A DNA stretch of 24,823 nucleotides, from the NCBI GenBank assembly GCA_043732485.1, contig JAYTHP010000210.1, forward strand, positions 1 through 24,823. The letters are read 5' to 3'. The position numbers and the translations under genes were made by a program. Below are positions 24,684-24,823 of this stretch, piece after piece; positions within the stretch are counted from its first letter, which is position 1; every line of letters begins with the position of its first letter. The notes under the pieces are model-generated. The model did not search any database. It saw only the letters and a list, made by a program, of their open reading frames with translations, and was not told where the DNA came from. This stretch comes from Oligoflexia bacterium (GTDB lineage: Bacteria > Bdellovibrionota > UBA1018).

Positions 24684-24823
24684 ATGCAAATGAATCGTCG
24701 GTTTGTGAGTAAGCCCAACCGGGTTCCCTATTTTTCAAACGCCCTGCAGCTGCAGTTTGATGATCCTGAGGCCATGGCAGCTTTCCTGAGTGAACCGCGT
24801 CATGAACAATACAGCTCACCGGA
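24684..24823 (+). CDS. Possible hypothetical protein, 5' fragment running off the window
   Basis: Frame is open from ATG 24684/24690 to the edge (MQMNRRFVSKPNRVPYFSNALQLQFDDPEAMAAFLSEPRHEQYSSP); too short to assign. Confidence 0.3.
   Translation, partial: MQMNRRFVSKPNRVPYFSNALQLQFDDPEAMAAFLSEPRHEQYSSP

Overview
Chromosomal window dominated by a complete minus-strand type II secretion operon, gspC-D-E-F-G-H-I-J-K-L-M-N (9304-23660). It continues without a break into a polyprenyl diphosphate synthase (ispA-like) and a divergent glutathione synthetase-like ATP-grasp ligase (gshB-like). Gene order, the PilM-like GspL and the GspN suggest a Bdellovibrionota or other former-deltaproteobacterial genome (inference). 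The left 7 kb is accessory: a partial MFS transporter, a SASA/CE6-type SGNH esterase lipoprotein, an orphan membrane-anchored ORF, a phosphopantetheinyl transferase divergent from a coupled EVE + DUF455-like ferritin-fold pair, and a Cys-rich lipoprotein. Structure not shown by the ORF track: (1) a ~480 bp decayed head-to-tail copy of the gshB 3' half directly behind gshB; (2) a sigma54 -24/-12 promoter, an IHF-like site and two identical GACA-TTT-TGTC dyads upstream of gspC; (3) a degenerate MshEN c-di-GMP motif on GspE; (4) many in-frame 6-18 nt micro-duplications. I found no CRISPR array, transposase, integrase, reverse transcriptase, tRNA or rRNA, and I cannot claim a clearly new system from sequence alone.
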